Positions 10,382 to 20,161 of a stretch of DNA of 64,000 nucleotides are shown piece after piece (position 1 is the first letter of the stretch; each line of letters starts with the position of its first letter). The notes beneath the pieces were generated by a model. It saw only the letters and a program-made list of their open reading frames with translations, was not told the DNA's origin and did no database searches. A program made the translations under genes and the position numbers. The DNA comes from Thermoproteota archaeon (GTDB lineage Archaea > Korarchaeota > JAOZGF01 > JAOZFZ01), in contig JAOZFT010000004.1 in NCBI GenBank assembly GCA_027492035.1, forward strand, positions 288,001 to 352,000, in the 5' to 3' direction.

Positions 10382-10864
10382 GTGAAGAAAATGCCTAAAA
10401 TAAAGTACTCACTGACTCAAGTAAATGATGAAGCCACTGCAAAATCAATGGGAAAAGATTTGGACTTGTCTTTGAAAAAAACCCGTGAACTTTGCAAATT
10501 AATTAAGGGAATGCATATTGATAAAGCAAAGAAGACTTTGCGGAACATAATTGAGAAAAGGCAAGCTGTCCCTTTTAAACGTTTCAGATCTGGTGCAGGA
10601 CATAAGAAAAACCTGCAAAAATGGGATTCAGGCAGGTACCCTGCCAAGTCAGCTAAAGAAGTGCTTAAAGTAATTGAGAATGCAGAAGCTAATGCTGAGG
10701 ACAAGGGATTAGAGCTTGAAAAATTATGGGTGAAACATGTGCTTGTTAAAGAAGGCCCAAAACTGGAAAGAGTTTTTTACCGGGCAATGGGGAGGTCAAC
10801 CCCGAAAATCCGGAGACTTGTTCATTTAGAAGTCATCCTTGAAGAACGTGAAGGGAGGGAATAA
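10382..10864 (+). CDS. rpl22: 50S ribosomal protein uL22
   Basis: AVPFKRF, GRYP.K, RAMGR motifs. Confidence 0.96.
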   Translation: MKKMPKIKYSLTQVNDEATAKSMGKDLDLSLKKTRELCKLIKGMHIDKAKKTLRNIIEKRQAVPFKRFRSGAGHKKNLQKWDSGRYPAKSAKEVLKVIENAEANAEDKGLELEKLWVKHVLVKEGPKLERVFYRAMGRSTPKIRRLVHLEVILEEREGRE

Positions 10865-10866
10865 AG

Positions 10867-11613
10867 ATTCCAGAGAAGAAGTCCATACTGACAGATTTCA
10901 TAAAGGATGGGTTAATTCATGCAGACTTAGATGAGTACTTGTCGAAAGAACTTAAAAGGTCGGGTTATCACAGTGTCAATTTAATAAAAACCCCCTTGGG
11001 TACAAGAATACATATTAAAGCTGAGAGACCTGCTTTAGTCATAGGTAGGCATGGTCAAACAATAAAATATTTGACAACTGTTTTCAGGGAGAAATTCATG
11101 CTGGAGAATCCGCAAATAGAGGTTATTCAACTGGATGAACCTTCCCTTTCAGCTAAAATAATGGCGAACAAAATAGCCAGTGCGATAGACAGGGGAATAA
11201 GGTATAGGTCAGCTGTAAATGTTGCGTTTAGGAGAATAATGGCTTCAGGTGCAGTAGGGGCTGAAATACTTATTTCAGGAAAATTAATCAGTAAAAGATC
11301 TAGAAGTGTAAGATTTAGAGAAGGTAAAATGATAAAAAGTGGTTACCCTAAGGAAATTTTTGTGGATGTGGGGAAAGATTTTGCTTTGTTAAAAACAGGG
11401 ATTGTAGGGGTTAAAGTTAAAATTTTGCAGCCTAACTACGTGGGAGCAGACGTTATTTCGATAAAGGAGGATATAGCAGAGAAATTGATGGAAGGAAGGA
11501 GGAAAGAAATAGCTGAAACGCAACAGACCGAGTTAGTTACTGAAGCGGTTGCAGAACCTGAAAACAAGTCTGAAGAAGGAATTGAAGGAGAAAAAACAGG
11601 AGAAGAAAATTAA
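10867..11613 (+). CDS. rps3: 30S ribosomal protein uS3 (start uncertain; ATT 10867 assumed)
   Basis: KH domain RPALVIGRHG; conserved FIKDGLIHADLDEYL lies upstream of the track's TTG at 10939. Confidence 0.93.
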   Translation: MPEKKSILTDFIKDGLIHADLDEYLSKELKRSGYHSVNLIKTPLGTRIHIKAERPALVIGRHGQTIKYLTTVFREKFMLENPQIEVIQLDEPSLSAKIMANKIASAIDRGIRYRSAVNVAFRRIMASGAVGAEILISGKLISKRSRSVRFREGKMIKSGYPKEIFVDVGKDFALLKTGIVGVKVKILQPNYVGADVISIKEDIAEKLMEGRRKEIAETQQTELVTEAVAEPENKSEEGIEGEKTGEEN

Positions 11614-11638
11614 AGCTTGTTTTGGAAGAGGGAATTAA

Positions 11639-11830
11639 ATGAAACTAGCTGAAATTAAAAAACTATCCAAGGAGGAGCGTAAGAAGAAATTGAAACAGCT
11701 AAAAGAAGATCTTTGGAACCTTAGGATTCAACAAAAAGCTGCAGGTACTCTAGAGAATCCCTCCGCAATTAAGACTCTGAAAAGAGACATAGCAAGGTTA
11801 CTAACTCTGTTGAGGGAAGAAGAAAGGTGA
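11639..11830 (+). CDS. rpl29: 50S ribosomal protein uL29
   Basis: LENPSAIKTLKRDIARLLT. Confidence 0.95.
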   Translation: MKLAEIKKLSKEERKKKLKQLKEDLWNLRIQQKAAGTLENPSAIKTLKRDIARLLTLLREEER

Positions 11831-12114
11831 TAACCCAAAAAAACATTTACTACCATGAATTGATAGGTTTAGAGGTTGAAATAACAAATTCAACCAATCC
11901 TTCCTTAATAAAGAGAAAAGGGAAGGTAATTTTTGAAACCAGGAACATGTTGTTTATAAGTGATTCCGCTAAACCATCAAAAGAAATTAAAATCCCGAAA
12001 GCTATTTGTTGCTTTAGGTTTAAGCTGCCTTCCGAAAAGGAGGTTGAAGTGAAGGGGGATCTTTTGGTTGGAAGACCTGAAAAAAGACTTAAATGTAAGA
12101 GAGTGAGGAAATGA
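11827..12114 (+). CDS. rnp1: RNase P protein component 1 (Rpp29/Pop4)
   Basis: HELIGLEV, GKVIFETRNM, LVGRPEKRLK; canonical position in operon. Confidence 0.93.
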   Translation: MITQKNIYYHELIGLEVEITNSTNPSLIKRKGKVIFETRNMLFISDSAKPSKEIKIPKAICCFRFKLPSEKEVEVKGDLLVGRPEKRLKCKRVRK

Positions 12115-12425
12115 GAAAAATTAAAGGTTTCACTCCGCCTAAAGAAGAATGTAAAGACAGAAATTGTCCTTGGCACGGTAATTTAGCGGTGAGGGGGAGA
12201 ACCATCAAGGGAAGAATAGTTAAGTTTAAGGCTGACAAGACAGCCGTTCTTTTAATTGAAAGAATCCGCTACGTTAAAAAATATTTAAGGTATGAAAAAA
12301 GGGAAACCAAGGTTTCAGTCCATGTTCCTCCATGCATCCCCTTAAAAGAGGGGGATAATGTAGTTGTTGCAGAGTGTCGGCCAATCAGTAAAACAAAAAG
12401 TTTTGTTGTGTTGCAGAAAATTTAA
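12111..12425 (+). CDS. rps17: 30S ribosomal protein uS17
   Basis: CPWHG, ECRPISKTKSFVV. Confidence 0.96.
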   Translation: MRKIKGFTPPKEECKDRNCPWHGNLAVRGRTIKGRIVKFKADKTAVLLIERIRYVKKYLRYEKRETKVSVHVPPCIPLKEGDNVVVAECRPISKTKSFVVLQKI

Positions 12426-12451
12426 AAAATCTCGGTAAAGGAGGAAGAGAA

Positions 12452-12880
12452 ATGCCTAGACTAGGGATTAAAAGGAAAAAAGGGGTAGCTTTTAAACCCA
12501 AACTAACTAGAGGATTACCTGTAGGGAGTAAGATAACCTGTGCTGACAATTCAGGGGCTAAAATCCTTCAAATAATTGGAGTTATAGGTTACAAAGGGAA
12601 ACATAACAGGTACCCCTCCGCAAGTATAGGGGATATGGTGTCGGTTACTGTGAAACAGGGGGCCCTGAAATTAAGGAAACAAGTAATGAGGGCAATAATT
12701 ATAAGGCAGAGGATGCCTTTTAAAAGGCCTAACGGTTTACATGTGACATTTGAAGATAATGCAGGAGTTCTTGTGGATAAGGAAGGTAAACCCTTAGCTT
12801 CAGAAATAAGGGGACCTATAGCAAGGGAAGCTGTTGAAAGATGGCCTGAATTATCTAAAATTTCCTCAATAGTGGTTTAG
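12452..12880 (+). CDS. rpl14: 50S ribosomal protein uL14
   Basis: CADNSGAK, FEDNAGV. Confidence 0.97.
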   Translation: MPRLGIKRKKGVAFKPKLTRGLPVGSKITCADNSGAKILQIIGVIGYKGKHNRYPSASIGDMVSVTVKQGALKLRKQVMRAIIIRQRMPFKRPNGLHVTFEDNAGVLVDKEGKPLASEIRGPIAREAVERWPELSKISSIVV

Positions 12881-13272
12881 TGGTGAATAAAGTAATGGGT
12901 ATAACTAAATCTAAGCAGCCGAGGAAGCAAAGGAAGTTTCTTTACAAAGCTAAGTGGCATATAAGGCATAAACTTTTAGCTGCGCCTTTATCTGAAGGCT
13001 TAGCTGATCAACATGGAGTGAAATCTCTTCCTGTGAGAAAAGGAGATACTGTACTTGTTGTTAGGGGAGATTATAAAGGAACGGAAGGGAAGGTAGCCGG
13101 TGTAGACTACAAAAAACTTAGGGTCCATGTCGAAAACGTCAAGAAGAAAAAGGCAGACGGTTCTGAATATTATTTTCCAATCCACCCCTCAAAGGTTGTG
13201 ATTACAAAACTTAATTTAAAAGACGAAAGAAGAAAAGCTATAATTGAAAGGAAAAAGGCTTTAGTAGAGTAG
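12880..13272 (+). CDS. rpl24: 50S ribosomal protein uL24
   Basis: SKQPRKQRK, KOW motif, IHPSKV. Confidence 0.96.
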   Translation: MVNKVMGITKSKQPRKQRKFLYKAKWHIRHKLLAAPLSEGLADQHGVKSLPVRKGDTVLVVRGDYKGTEGKVAGVDYKKLRVHVENVKKKKADGSEYYFPIHPSKVVITKLNLKDERRKAIIERKKALVE

Positions 13273-13281
13273 GCGAAAGAA

Positions 13282-14013
13282 ATGTCAAAGAGTTTAAAAA
13301 GATTTTCAGCTCCTCCTTTGTGGAGGATACCAGTTAAAAAATTTAAGTGGGTGACTAGACCAAGTCCAGGCCCCCACCCAAAAAATTTCTCTATCCCATT
13401 ACTCTTAATTCTCCGTGACGTTTTAAGGATTGTTAACGATTCATCTGAAGCAAGGAAAGTAATAGGTAACAAAGAAGTTTTGGTTGATGGTGTACCACGT
13501 ACAAATTACAAGTTCCCTGTGGGTTTAATGGATGTTTTAGAAATACCTAAACTTGGCTTAATCTACAGAATACTGCCAACCCCTAAAAAAACCCTTGAAC
13601 CCATACCTATTCCTGAAGAAGAGAAAAATTTAAAATTGTGCAGGATAGAAAATAAAAAAATTAACAAAGGCAACAATATCCAATTAAATCTTCACGACGG
13701 CCGAAACGTTTTACTTAAGCCTAACATCACCCTTCTTAAAGAAAAAGTTTATAGAAGGCTTGACAGTTTACTTTTAACTGTTCCTCATCAAACTTTAAAA
13801 GAGCATGTTGAATTTAGTGAAGGTCATTTTGCTTTAGTGGTTAAGGGTAAACATATGGGTGCAGTAGGTGAAATAACTTCTATGGATGAAGGGTTTAAAA
13901 ACGCAACTGTAACTTTAAACACAGAAAAGGGAGAAATAAAAACAAGAAAAGATTTCGTTATGGTTATAGGGGAAAAAAAGCCTCTTTTAGCCTTTAATTT
14001 AACTAAGGAGTAA
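13282..14013 (+). CDS. rps4e: 30S ribosomal protein eS4
   Basis: PSPGPH, FPVGLMDV, QLNLHDGRN. Confidence 0.96.
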   Translation: MSKSLKRFSAPPLWRIPVKKFKWVTRPSPGPHPKNFSIPLLLILRDVLRIVNDSSEARKVIGNKEVLVDGVPRTNYKFPVGLMDVLEIPKLGLIYRILPTPKKTLEPIPIPEEEKNLKLCRIENKKINKGNNIQLNLHDGRNVLLKPNITLLKEKVYRRLDSLLLTVPHQTLKEHVEFSEGHFALVVKGKHMGAVGEITSMDEGFKNATVTLNTEKGEIKTRKDFVMVIGEKKPLLAFNLTKE

Positions 14014-14022
14014 TGACCCTAA

Positions 14023-14553
14023 ATGATAGCTGAAAACCCTATGAGGAAGGTAAGGATAGAAAAAGTTGTTATTCACTCTTGTGTGGGTAAATCAGGTGAA
14101 GCTTTGGAGAAGGCAAGTAAAATAATAGAAAAAATTTCTGGACAGAAACCTGCAATCAAAAAAGCAAAGAAAACCATCAGGGACTTTGGGATTCATAAAA
14201 GAGAACCAATAAGTGTTATGGTTACTTTAAGAGGAAGAAAAGCTGAAGAAGTTTTTGACAAGGTTTTGAAAGCTGTAGATAATAAAGTAAAAATTTCTTC
14301 ACTAGATAATCAAGGAAATTTAGCGTTTGGTATAGAGGAGCACATTGACATTCCTGAAATGAAATACGACCCCGATTTAGGTGTGATAGGGCTTGATGTA
14401 ATCGCCTGTCTAGAAAGGCCAGGTTATAGAGTTAAAAGAAGGAGAAGGGAAAAGAGAAAAATACCTAAAAAACATAGAATAACACGTGAAGAAGCAATTA
14501 ATTTCTTTAACGAAAGATTTGGTGTTGAATTTATTCAGTCTGTTGCCCCTTAA
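14023..14553 (+). CDS. rpl5: 50S ribosomal protein uL5
   Basis: NPMRKVRIEKVV, FGIEEHID, YDPDLG. Confidence 0.97.
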   Translation: MIAENPMRKVRIEKVVIHSCVGKSGEALEKASKIIEKISGQKPAIKKAKKTIRDFGIHKREPISVMVTLRGRKAEEVFDKVLKAVDNKVKISSLDNQGNLAFGIEEHIDIPEMKYDPDLGVIGLDVIACLERPGYRVKRRRREKRKIPKKHRITREEAINFFNERFGVEFIQSVAP

Positions 14554-14572
14554 CTTCTGTGAAAGGTGAACG

Positions 14573-14740
14573 GTGTTGAGTGAATCGAATAATAAACAAA
14601 TAAACGTGGAGGGGAAGGTTCGGAGATGTAGAAGATGCGGGAGAGTTGGACGTGGTTTAATAACAAAATATGGGTTAAACCTGTGTAGACAATGTTTCAG
14701 GGAAATTGCTCCTAAACTAGGCTGGAAAAAATACGAATAA
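14573..14740 (+). CDS. rps14: 30S ribosomal protein uS14 (Zn-binding)
   Basis: Manual translation ..[39 protein letters not shown]; below track cutoff. Confidence 0.95.
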   Translation: MLSESNNKQINVEGKVRRCRRCGRVGRGLITKYGLNLCRQCFREIAPKLGWKKYE

Positions 14741-14751
14741 GAACAGGTGTT

Positions 14752-15156
14752 GTGAGGAGAAGAGAGTTGGTTTCAGATATTTTATCGAATGCTTTAATAA
14801 ACATATACAACCACGAAGCCATTGGGAGGGAGAACTGCTTAATTTACCCTGCTTCAAAACTTTTAAAGGAAGTGTTAAGGGTAATGCAAAGGCATGGCTA
14901 CATTGGTGAATTCGTTTATATTGATGATGGACGTGGAGGAAAGTTTAAAGTGTCTCTTCTTGGACGAATAAATAAATGCATGGCTATAAGGCCGAGATTT
15001 TATGTAAAAGTGAAAGATTTGGTTGAATGGGAACAAAAATATTTACCTGCAAATGACATGGGTATATTAATATTAACGACACCTAAAGGGGTCATGACCT
15101 CTAAGGAAGCTAAAAAGAAGGGGGTAGGTGGTCTTCTGTTAGCCTTTATTTACTAG
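14752..15156 (+). CDS. rps8: 30S ribosomal protein uS8
   Basis: DDGRGG, LTTPKGVM, GGLLLAFIY. Confidence 0.97.
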   Translation: MRRRELVSDILSNALINIYNHEAIGRENCLIYPASKLLKEVLRVMQRHGYIGEFVYIDDGRGGKFKVSLLGRINKCMAIRPRFYVKVKDLVEWEQKYLPANDMGILILTTPKGVMTSKEAKKKGVGGLLLAFIY

Positions 15157-15173
15157 AGATAAGGTGAACAATC

Positions 15174-15719
15174 ATGCCTTTAACATACCTAATTGAGGAG
15201 AAGATACCCGTCCCTGAAGGAATTAATGTCACGATTAAACCAGGAGAAATACATGTTAAGGGACCTAGAGGGAAATTATTCAGGGAATATGATGAAAGAA
15301 AAATTTCCGTTAAGAAAATAAATAACGAAGTGGTTTTGAGAGTTATTTTCCCTGGTAAAAGAAGGAAGGCGTACCTCTATACAATTAAAAGCCACATAAA
15401 TAACATGTTTACTGGGGTTACTAAAGGGTTCAGGTATAGATTGCGGGTTGTCCAAACACATTTCCCTATAGAAGTTGCTGTTGAGGGGAGGAAGGTTTTA
15501 ATAAAAAACTTTATAGGTGAGAAGAAGCCTCGTGAAGCGGAAATCGTGGGTGATGTAAAGGTAACTGTAAACGGTAAAGATGTGGTAGTGGAGGGAATAA
15601 ATAAAGAAGATGTTGGACAAACAGCTGCAAACATCCAATTGGCAACTAAAATAAAGGATAAGGATGTTAGAAAATTCATTGACGGAGTCTACGTCTACAA
15701 AAAAGAGGTAATTAAATGA
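15174..15719 (+). CDS. rpl6: 50S ribosomal protein uL6
   Basis: HFPI, NFIGEK, KDVRKFIDGVY. Confidence 0.97.
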   Translation: MPLTYLIEEKIPVPEGINVTIKPGEIHVKGPRGKLFREYDERKISVKKINNEVVLRVIFPGKRRKAYLYTIKSHINNMFTGVTKGFRYRLRVVQTHFPIEVAVEGRKVLIKNFIGEKKPREAEIVGDVKVTVNGKDVVVEGINKEDVGQTAANIQLATKIKDKDVRKFIDGVYVYKKEVIK

Positions 15720-16120
15720 AAACTGTGAAGGAGCTTCAATTTTTAATAAAGAAAATTAAAAAGAGAAAGCCTAAGTTTGTTAGGGTCGACAGTTGGCGTT
15801 ACAAAAAACTTAATCCCCGCTGGAGAAAGCCAAGGGGTACTGACAGTAAAGTAAGGAGGAGATTTAGTGGGAGAACTCCTCTTCCAGACCCTGGTTACCG
15901 GACAGCTAAAAGAATTAGAGGGCTTCACCCTTCAGGCTACAAGCCTGTTTTGGTTTCAAACATGAGAGATTTGGAGCGAATAAATAAAGATTTTGAAGCT
16001 GCAATCCTTTCAAGGACCCTAAGTAAGAGAAAAAAAGTAGAAATCCAAAATGAAGCATTACAAAGAGGAATAAAGGTACTTAACCCTGTAAAATCAACTA
16101 TGGAAGAAGGAGAGTTATAA
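15716..16120 (+). CDS. rpl32e: 50S ribosomal protein eL32
   Basis: WRKPRGTDSK, RGLHPSG. Confidence 0.96.
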   Translation: MKTVKELQFLIKKIKKRKPKFVRVDSWRYKKLNPRWRKPRGTDSKVRRRFSGRTPLPDPGYRTAKRIRGLHPSGYKPVLVSNMRDLERINKDFEAAILSRTLSKRKKVEIQNEALQRGIKVLNPVKSTMEEGEL

Positions 16121-16569
16121 TGAGCAATTTAAAAATACAGAAAAGATTAGCTTCACAGATTTTAAAAGTTGGAACCGGTAGGGTTTGGATCAACCCAGAA
16201 AAAACAGGTTTGGTGGAGACAGCTATAACTAGGGAATCTGTTGCAAAGTTGATAAGTGAAGGAGTGATTAAGAAAAGGAAAGTGAAAGGGACAAGTAGAG
16301 CAAGAGCTAGAATCCGTCATTTCAAAAGAAAGAAAAGGTCAAGGACCCCTGGCAACAAGAAAGGGTCAAAATATTCTATAGTTTCTAGAAAAAGAAGATG
16401 GGTCATGAAAACAAGAGCCCTAAGAAAATTTATTAAGGAATTAAAGGGAAGGAGGAAGATCTCTAATGAAGTTTACCGGAAACTTTACAGAATGATAAGT
16501 GGGGGGTACTTTACATCCAGAACTCATGTTAAGTTCTACTTGACAAGGCACGGTTTGTGGAGGAGATAA
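16120..16569 (+). CDS. rpl19e: 50S ribosomal protein eL19
   Basis: QKRLASQILKVG..RVWINP. Confidence 0.96.
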   Translation: MSNLKIQKRLASQILKVGTGRVWINPEKTGLVETAITRESVAKLISEGVIKKRKVKGTSRARARIRHFKRKKRSRTPGNKKGSKYSIVSRKRRWVMKTRALRKFIKELKGRRKISNEVYRKLYRMISGGYFTSRTHVKFYLTRHGLWRR

Positions 16570-16570
16570 G

Positions 16571-17164
16571 GTGGGGAAGAAAAGAATTTATAAAGTTCCC
16601 TTTAAAAGGAAAAGGGAGGGAAAAACAAATTACTATAAACGTTTGACCCTGCTTAAGTCTAAAAAATTACTTGTAGTTCTAAGGGGATCTTTGAAACATT
16701 TCAGGGTTCAATTCGTGGAACCGAAAATAGAAGGAGACAAAACAATAGTCTCCGCTTGGTCTCAGCAACTTATTAAAAAGTATGGGTGGAAAGCTCCTAC
16801 AGGGAACGTCCCTGCAGCTTACTTAACAGGTTATTTATGCGGGAAAAAAGCCACAAAGTTAGGGATAAATTTTGCAGTTCCATATTTCGGGCTTCACAGA
16901 TCCACTAAAGGAAACAGGTTATTCTCCGCCATTAAAGGATTAATAGATGCAGGTGTTACTGTTCCATGTGAAGAAAAAATGCTACCTGAAGAAGAAAGGG
17001 TGAAAGGTGAACATGTGGCAAGTTACGCCCAGGAAATACTGGAGGAAAACGAAGCCCTGTACTACAAAAGGTTTTCGGGTTATTTATCGAAAGGGTTAAA
17101 ACCTGAGGACTTACCTAACCATTTTGAGGTTGTTAAAAAAAGGATTGAAAGTGATTTCTCGTGA
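16571..17164 (+). CDS. rpl18: 50S ribosomal protein uL18
   Basis: RKREGKTNYYKR, NVPAAYLTG. Confidence 0.96.
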   Translation: MGKKRIYKVPFKRKREGKTNYYKRLTLLKSKKLLVVLRGSLKHFRVQFVEPKIEGDKTIVSAWSQQLIKKYGWKAPTGNVPAAYLTGYLCGKKATKLGINFAVPYFGLHRSTKGNRLFSAIKGLIDAGVTVPCEEKMLPEEERVKGEHVASYAQEILEENEALYYKRFSGYLSKGLKPEDLPNHFEVVKKRIESDFS

Positions 17165-17787
17165 GTGAGCAAGAGTGGTATCCAAAAACTAAGTTAGGAA
17201 GGATGGTGTTTAATGGAGAGATAACTTCAATAGATGACATTTTCAAGTTAAACAAAAAAATTAAAGAGCCTGAGATAGTTGATTTCCTTCTACCAAACCT
17301 TGAAAGTGAAGTAGCTGATATAACCCTCGTCCAGAGACAAACAGATGCAGGTGAAGTTAGTAGATTCAGAGTAGTTGTTGTAGTAGGTAACAGAAGTGGA
17401 TATATTGGTGTAGGTAAAGGAGTTGCTAGAGAGATACCTACAGCCATTAAAAAGGCAACTCAAAACGCTAAGTTAAACCTTCAACTGGTAATTAGAGGGT
17501 GTGGGAGCTGGGCGTGTGGATGCGGTGGACAGCTTCATAGTTTACCCTTCACAGTTGAAGGTGCAAGCGGGTCTGTACGTGTAAAAATAATTCCAGCCCC
17601 TAGAGGTGTGGGTTTAGTTACCGGTGAAAAAGCTAAAACTGTTTTAAAGCTTGCCGGTATTTCAGATGCTTGGGTGAAAACTAAGGGGAACACTAGAACA
17701 ACTTTAAACTTTGTCGTAGCCACTTATAAAGCATTAACACAAACAACCAAGGTGATTACTAAGGAGGATTGGAGGATAAAATTATGA
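17161..17787 (+). CDS. rps5: 30S ribosomal protein uS5
   Basis: WYPKTKLG, RGCGSW, PAPRGVGL. Confidence 0.97.
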   Translation: MSEQEWYPKTKLGRMVFNGEITSIDDIFKLNKKIKEPEIVDFLLPNLESEVADITLVQRQTDAGEVSRFRVVVVVGNRSGYIGVGKGVAREIPTAIKKATQNAKLNLQLVIRGCGSWACGCGGQLHSLPFTVEGASGSVRVKIIPAPRGVGLVTGEKAKTVLKLAGISDAWVKTKGNTRTTLNFVVATYKALTQTTKVITKEDWRIKL

Positions 17788-18269
17788 GCTCTGGAAACGG
17801 GAAGAAGAAACTGGTTGTGGTAAGGGTGAGGGGAAGGGTTGCACCCCGAGAAGTAAATAAAACACTTGAACTTTTGAACATTAAAAAGAAGTTCCGGGCT
17901 ACTTTGGTTGATAACTGTCCCTCTTACCTTGGAATGTTAAACCATGTACGTAATTACATAGCGTGGGGTGAAATTTCCAAGGAAAACTTGGTTACCCTTT
18001 TAAGGAAGAGAGGGAGGCTAATAGGTGACAAGCCTTTAACAGATAAGTATTTAGAAAGGAACACAGACTTTAGCTCAGTAGAGGAGTTAGCTGAAAAAAT
18101 TTATAATTGCGAGTGTTCACTTAAGGATGTAAAAGGTTTGAAGAAATTTTTCAGGTTAAGGCCCCCAAAGAAAGGGTTTAAGGGGTCAATTAAAAAATCT
18201 GTGGAGAACAGGGGTATTCTCGGTTATCACGGTGAAAAAATTAATGAATTGATTGCAAGGATGATTTAG
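17784..18269 (+). CDS. rpl30: 50S ribosomal protein uL30
   Basis: VRVRG, YIAWGE, FRLRPPKKGF. Confidence 0.95.
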   Translation: MSSGNGKKKLVVVRVRGRVAPREVNKTLELLNIKKKFRATLVDNCPSYLGMLNHVRNYIAWGEISKENLVTLLRKRGRLIGDKPLTDKYLERNTDFSSVEELAEKIYNCECSLKDVKGLKKFFRLRPPKKGFKGSIKKSVENRGILGYHGEKINELIARMI

Positions 18270-18280
18270 GAGGTTAAGAA

Positions 18281-18730
18281 ATGACTACAAGGAAAGAGAA
18301 AAGGTCAAGGAAATTCAGAGGATTAAAAACTCATGGTTGGGGAATAAAGAGCCACAGAAAAAGTGGCTATAGGGGGGGTTTCGGTAAAGCAGGGGGTCAT
18401 AAGCATCACTGGACAAAGGTTTTAGTTGAGGAACCCGACTACTTCGGAAAAGGAATGAGAGGGATTAGAAGACCCAAAAAACTAATTAAAGCCCCTAAAA
18501 CCGTGAACTTAGGTTATATAGAGGAAAAGTTAGATGAACTTGTAAGTAGAAAGTTGGTGGAGGAAGAAGGCGGTGTTTTTAAAGTTGACGTTAGGAAGTT
18601 AGGGTTTGAAAAGGTTTTAGGGGAGGGGAACGTGAACCATAAGTTGCATATTTTGGCATTTAAGTTCTCACGTAAAGCTGTTGAGAAAATCGAGGGCAAA
18701 GGAGGCAAGGTAACTGTTTTGGAGGGGTGA
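18281..18730 (+). CDS. rpl15: 50S ribosomal protein uL15
   Basis: RGLKTHGWG, RGGFGKAG, KVLGEG. Confidence 0.96.
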   Translation: MTTRKEKRSRKFRGLKTHGWGIKSHRKSGYRGGFGKAGGHKHHWTKVLVEEPDYFGKGMRGIRRPKKLIKAPKTVNLGYIEEKLDELVSRKLVEEEGGVFKVDVRKLGFEKVLGEGNVNHKLHILAFKFSRKAVEKIEGKGGKVTVLEG

Positions 18731-18733
18731 CTT

Positions 18734-20140
18734 TTGGATTTCTTAGAGGTTTTAGCCAAGATTTCAAAGTATATTCCTGGAGTTAAAAACCCTAAAAGAC
18801 ACGTAACCTTAAATGAAAAAATACTTTGGACAGGAATTGTTGTAGTGATTTATTATGTTTTAACCCAAGTTCCTCTTTACGGAATCCCTAAAGTGACAAC
18901 GGATTACTTGGCACAGTTAAGGTTTATTTTTGCAGGTGCAGCTGGAACTTTACTTGAACTGGGTATAAGTCCCATAGTTACGGCAGGCATAATACTCGAA
19001 CTCTTTGTCGGTTCCAAAATAATTGAATTGGATTTAACTTCTGCTGAGGACAGAGCAAAGTTTACAGCTGCGCAGCGAACCTTCTCGATAATAATGATAA
19101 TTTTTGAAGCCTCAATTTATGTTTTCGGCGGCAGATACGGGAGAGTGGGGGAAGTTATTTCTTTAACCACTGCTTCGCTTTTATTTTTCCAACTTTTCAT
19201 CGGCAGCTACATAACTCTACTTCTGGATGAGTTAACTTCAACTTGGGGAATAGGTAGCGGTATAAGCTTATTTATTGCTGCCGGTGTTGCCCAAACAATT
19301 TTCTGGGAGACATTTTCTCCCCTTAAAGACAAGTACGGAAATTACATTGGAGCCCTTTTTGCGTTGATAGGCAGCGGCGGAGCTGTGTGGTATAGGGAGG
19401 GATACCCCTCCATGGTTGGTTTATTAGCAAGTGTTGTTGTTTTTGTTGTGGTTATTTTTCTTCAAACAGTTCAAGTTGAAATACCCATATCTTATGGTTC
19501 AGTTAAGGGGATGAGGGGGAAATATCCAATCAGTCTACTTTATATTTCAAACATTCCCATAATATTTGCGTCTACACTGTTTGCTGATGTCTATTTAATT
19601 TCTCAAATGCTTTGGAGTAGGTTTTCAACTTCTACCAATGAATTGTTGAGGAGACTTGTTTCCTTAATAGGGACTTATGAAGTTACAGAGACAGGCAGAC
19701 TCTCCATAAAAGGTGGTTTATGCTACTACTTAACGTCGCCTTATGGGCTTCATTCAGCCATGAGCGACCCTTTAAGGTCAATTATTTACACTGTGGTATT
19801 AATTATAGTAAGTGTAATTTTCGGTGTAGTATGGGTTGAACTTTCCGGCATGGATGCAAAATCGATAGCTAAACAATTTGTTTCAAGTGGAATGACAATT
19901 CCAGGTTTCAGGTCAAGCTACAAAGTTTTAGAAAAAGTTTTAAGTCGATACATTTACCCCGTAACAATCATAGGTGCAATATTGGTAGGTGTGATAGCTG
20001 CATTCGCTGACTTTTTCGGTTCCATAGGTAGAGGCATGGGCATTTTATTAGCAACCATGATTTTGTGGCAGTTCTACCAATCACTTGCTAGAGAACAGAT
20101 TCAAGAGGCCCACCCATTAATAAGGAGGTTTATGAAGTAA
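18734..20140 (+). CDS. secY: Protein translocase subunit SecY/Sec61a
   Basis: LELGISPIVTAG, WGIGSGISLFI, YISNIPIIF, IPGFR. Confidence 0.97.
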   Translation: MDFLEVLAKISKYIPGVKNPKRHVTLNEKILWTGIVVVIYYVLTQVPLYGIPKVTTDYLAQLRFIFAGAAGTLLELGISPIVTAGIILELFVGSKIIELDLTSAEDRAKFTAAQRTFSIIMIIFEASIYVFGGRYGRVGEVISLTTASLLFFQLFIGSYITLLLDELTSTWGIGSGISLFIAAGVAQTIFWETFSPLKDKYGNYIGALFALIGSGGAVWYREGYPSMVGLLASVVVFVVVIFLQTVQVEIPISYGSVKGMRGKYPISLLYISNIPIIFASTLFADVYLISQMLWSRFSTSTNELLRRLVSLIGTYEVTETGRLSIKGGLCYYLTSPYGLHSAMSDPLRSIIYTVVLIIVSVIFGVVWVELSGMDAKSIAKQFVSSGMTIPGFRSSYKVLEKVLSRYIYPVTIIGAILVGVIAAFADFFGSIGRGMGILLATMILWQFYQSLAREQIQEAHPLIRRFMK

Positions 20141-20161
20141 TAAGGGGAAAAGGGAGGAAAT

